Part shown: positions 60,725-64,000 of the stretch, in pieces
Layout: each line of letters opens with the position of its first letter
How positions within the stretch are numbered: the stretch's first letter is position 1
From: Catajapyx aquilonaris
Taxonomy: Eukaryota
Length of the DNA stretch: 64,000 nt
Assembly: GCA_000934665.2 (NCBI GenBank)
Contig: KZ538045.1
Span: 62,001 to 126,000 of the forward strand
Direction of reading: 5' to 3'
Notes under the pieces: model-generated
Databases searched by the model: none
What the model was told of the DNA's origin: nothing
The model's input: the letters and a program-made list of their open reading frames with translations, nothing else
Made by a program: the position numbers and the translations under genes

Positions 60725-62090
60725 TGAAACTCTGGTACAGGTTCAATGTACTTTTTTAAAGAAATTTTTAAGCCTCCCGAGATCTGCGGCCACACATTTT
60801 GTCTTTTTAGAAACGGCTGAAATCCCAATTAGTATTTTTTAATTAAAACAAATAACCCAATTCATAATTAAGCTTGAAACCATGCACGATGAAAGAATTA
60901 TGAAAGCGGCGTATGTTTACTCGAAACTGGCTGATTTGAAATTACCATCAAAGGCTTCAAATTGGGTTAGATCCTGTACTGCCATTTTCGACTCACTAAA
61001 CATCAAATGAGATGACTTGATATCCAATCCTAGCCAAATGTTGCAAATAGCTGAGGAATTCCAACAAAACCTTTTTCTGGACCGACTGTCTAACACGAAA
61101 AGATACATATACTATAAACAATACAAGTCAACGTATGCTCAAGAGCCATATTTCTCTATCGACCTGCCTTTGCCCATGCTCAGAATGTATATCAACTTAC
61201 GAAACATGTCAACTTATATCCCAATAAAAGCTGGCATGGGAATAAGACTCTATGATGACATTTGTGATTGGTGTAACTTAAACTGTTCCTTTGATTTTTT
61301 TTTTTTTAAGCTTTACCCCATTACAGGGAACAGAGCCCTTTTAGGGGGGTGGGTTACCACCATTTTTTCTTACAAAATTTATCGCATTTTTTTTCCTCTC
61401 CGGTGCAGGGGTCAGGATAGGGATTTGTGAGGGGGGGATACGGGTGCAAGTGCAATGTCGGAAATTGGGGGTCGTGTGCAGTCCCCCAGGGGGCCAAGCT
61501 GCAAGACACTCCCCTAGGTGCGGGTCAGAAACCCCCCACCGACACCGCGCCTCCTCAAGGACAGGACAAGAATAGGAAAGGAAGGAAGTGGCTGTGGCCT
61601 ATTTTACGGTACGATCCCGGAAATTCTTCCTGGGGCGACCTTGGAAAACCACAGAAAACCAAGGTCAGGACCGCCGGCCTCCGGGACTCGAACCCAGGAC
61701 CTCCCGATTAGCAGTCGGATACCACATCCACTCCGCCACTACTGCTTCGGTTGTTCCTTTGATTTATTCCATATGCTTTTTGAATGTTTAATATTTAATA
61801 CACCACGTACTATATACCTTCATTCCTTTCCTCGTTTTTCTCCGGACCAACTTCCTTATTTTTTTATGACTCTATCCAAACAACAAAATCTTTCAAATTC
61901 ATCAATATCTGTCCAATGTTCATAAGCGTATGGTACACTCTTACTGATAACCCACCTCTGATTAACTGTTCCTAGTTGTACTTTATTTTTTTCTTTTCTG
62001 TGTATATTTTGTAAGCTTGTGTGTGTGTGTGTGTCCCCAAAAGGGCCCACGGCCCTGAGAACGGGGAATGAAAATAAATAAAATTAAAAT
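60725..62090 (+). mobile_element. 5'-truncated LINE (ORF2 C-terminus with CCHC finger; RTEX/CR1-group-like, clade uncertain)
   Basis: Relics VQCTFLKKFLSLPRSAATHFVFLETAEIP and CDWCNLNCSFD/LFHMLFEC (split by a SINE). A-rich tail; 14-bp TSD AATAGAAAGTATAA at 60711-60724 and 62091-62104. Confidence 0.85.
61298..61751 (-). mobile_element. Full-length tRNA-derived SINE inserted in the LINE zinc finger
   Basis: Same head as 39513, poly-A tail, and a 14-bp TSD TGTTCCTTTGATTT at 61284-61297 and 61752-61765. Confidence 0.9.
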
Positions 62091-62482
62091 AATAGAAAGT
62101 ATAAATGTATGAGCAGCAATGTGCTGCCATGGTGTACAGTAGACTCCCAATACCACAGACTTGAAGGGACCCTGGAAATCAGTCTGCTATAACCAAGTGT
62201 CTGTTATAGTTGAGGCTGTTATATCTGGTTGGAATCGCGAGAGATGGTAACAAATTATTTTTAGTAAATGGTTTTATCTTTCTTGAAAAGTATATTTGTA
62301 AGGGAAGTTACAAAACAATAATACTGTATAACTTTCAATGTCTCGTGAGTTAGTGCTAAAAATAGCCATAGCAGTTGGACAAGTATTTTGGATCACCCTG
62401 TATTAAAGCAACCTGCAACAAAATGACAGAAACTGCATTTATGATAACTAGGTTTAAGCAAATAAGTTTGATGGCACATTAC

Positions 62483-62896
62483 TTGGAGACATGCAGCATT
62501 GTCAAGTTTAGTGGTGAAGCTGCCACAGTCAGCAATACTGCAACAGGGTTGGTGGTGCTTTGCCTAACTTGCATCCTGAGATCTAGGCAACAGAGGCTGG
62601 GGCAGATCTCAGATAAGGAAGAAATGTTTGCTGAACTGGGAGTGATATCTGTCACTCGCCTCAGAGCCAGAACGGGGAGAGAATGCTGATTTTCACGGAT
62701 GAGGGAAGGTAGGTCGCAGTACCACATATTCTTGAGTCCTGGGAGTACAGATAGTAAGTGAAGCACAGCAGAGCAGGTGGCAGGATCATGTCGTAAGATG
62801 CAGTGGCATGTTGTGCGGAAGCAGTGACGCTGCGGTAGCAGAAGGCACTGCAGGGATTTGCATCTTTCGAGCTTGAGAAGACCACCTGGGGTTACC
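62483..62896 (-). CDS. LRR protein, internal exon
   Basis: TACTTTAG| acceptor, AA|GTAATG donor, phase 2 to 2; VTPGGLLKLERCKSLQCLLL and EICPSLCCLDL. Confidence 0.85.
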
Positions 62897-63304
62897 CTAA
62901 AGTAAGTTCCAGTCAGAGTGACATGCTGATTCATAATGACAAGTCACCAGTACATCACAGACTTTACATGTTAGTATTCCATTACATGTGGGACATATTT
63001 ATGAAAATTCTCAATATAACCTTCTATTTTATGGTATATCTTACAAATTCATTTTAATTTCCAGGTTATGCCCTTGTAACAGGAAGTGAGGTGAAGCGAC
63101 TCTTAAGCAGTGTATTAATCACAATAACTCCATGCAATAAAATAATCTGAGTCATCTAAGGGAAATCCTCTGTAGAATCAAGAGTGCTTTCTTACTTGGG
63201 ATAATGTTCACATGTTTGAAAGCGAATATTTCAAGAGATTTTTGTACTGTAAAATATGACATCACCCATGTTCCATACATATATGTCAATAAAAGTGTAC
63301 TTGC

Positions 63305-63571
63305 CGGAATGGGCACTTCTCCACAAAGTGTGCCCAAGTGCGAAAATTAATTGGTGTGTCGGGAACCTCCAGTTCTTGCAATCGCTCACAGTTTTGTGCT
63401 ATGATTCCTAAAACCTGGTCATCTACATTGAGCTCAGAGAGTTCCAAACGGATAACATGTGGTAGGCTGGTGAGTGCTGCCAGCCAGAAAGAAGGCTTCA
63501 AGAGGCACTCCGCATCATTGGAGAAATCTGTTTTAAAGCTCCGCATCTGGTGGTGAAGTAACACAAATATC
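63305..63571 (-). CDS. LRR protein, internal exon (gene continues beyond the window)
   Basis: TTAATTGCAG| acceptor (phase 2); VDDQVLGIIAQNCERLQELEV; probable GC donor CG|GCAAGT (phase 2). Confidence 0.8.
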
Positions 63572-64000
63572 CTGCAATTAAAAAGCTTTCTAAGAGAGCA
63601 TTTACAGGGAAGTGTCAATTTCATTGGAAAGGTTGGCACAACATGTCTTCATGACATAAGTAGCATGGGAGGGCAGTCAGAGCTCAGAGGTCAAGGCTAG
63701 TCACTGAGCCAGATATTCACTGCCAACTTATCATAATTGGCAATATTTGTCGTGAAGGATGACCACTTGTTATGTTATGTCTGGGTGTCCTTCATATAAT
63801 TATGGAAAAAGCATGCGATGTATCAGTGTATGCTGTTGATTCCCATCACGGGTGTGGAGTGATGTGAGTCCTTTTTTTTAATGTTTCATTTACCCCTTTG
63901 GGCCAAACTGGCCTTTTTGGGGTAAGTCCTAGAAATATGATATGTCAGGGATGCAAGGGCTTGAAAAATTCTCAGTGAATGGGGAGGGAGGGGAGTAGGG

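Overview
This is eukaryotic genomic DNA with spliceosomal introns, most likely from an arthropod (judged from a TATA plus TCAKTY initiator promoter and the SINE body types). Three protein-coding genes can be reconstructed from phase-consistent splice sites. (1) A + strand TALPID3/KIAA0586-like centriole/cilia gene has 10 exons between 28105 and 54426. Possible 5' exons near 243-1095 would imply an intron of about 27 kb. (2) A two-exon gene on the - strand (31306-29012) is nested in one of its introns and encodes a secreted, cysteine-free, low-complexity protein of about 601 aa with its own TATA/Inr promoter. (3) The last three exons of a convergent - strand LRR (F-box/LRR-like) gene lie at 63571-58779, probably with a GC-AG intron. 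The 4.3-28 kb stretch is CpG-rich, nearly free of recognisable TEs and apparently non-coding, and it is dense in CRE/ATF, E-box, STAT and kappaB-like motifs. The remaining introns hold many TSD-bounded SINEs, two LINE 3' fragments and MITEs (Harbinger, piggyBac, hAT, Tc1/mariner), often nested. Three observations stand out. Six SINE copies with at least four different head/body types share a covarying 3' stem-loop with a LINE in the same window. An RTE copy shows a twin-priming-type 5' inversion. A double-palindrome insert is bounded by CAG|GT repeats and could be removed exactly as an intron. All homology calls are from memory, with no database search.
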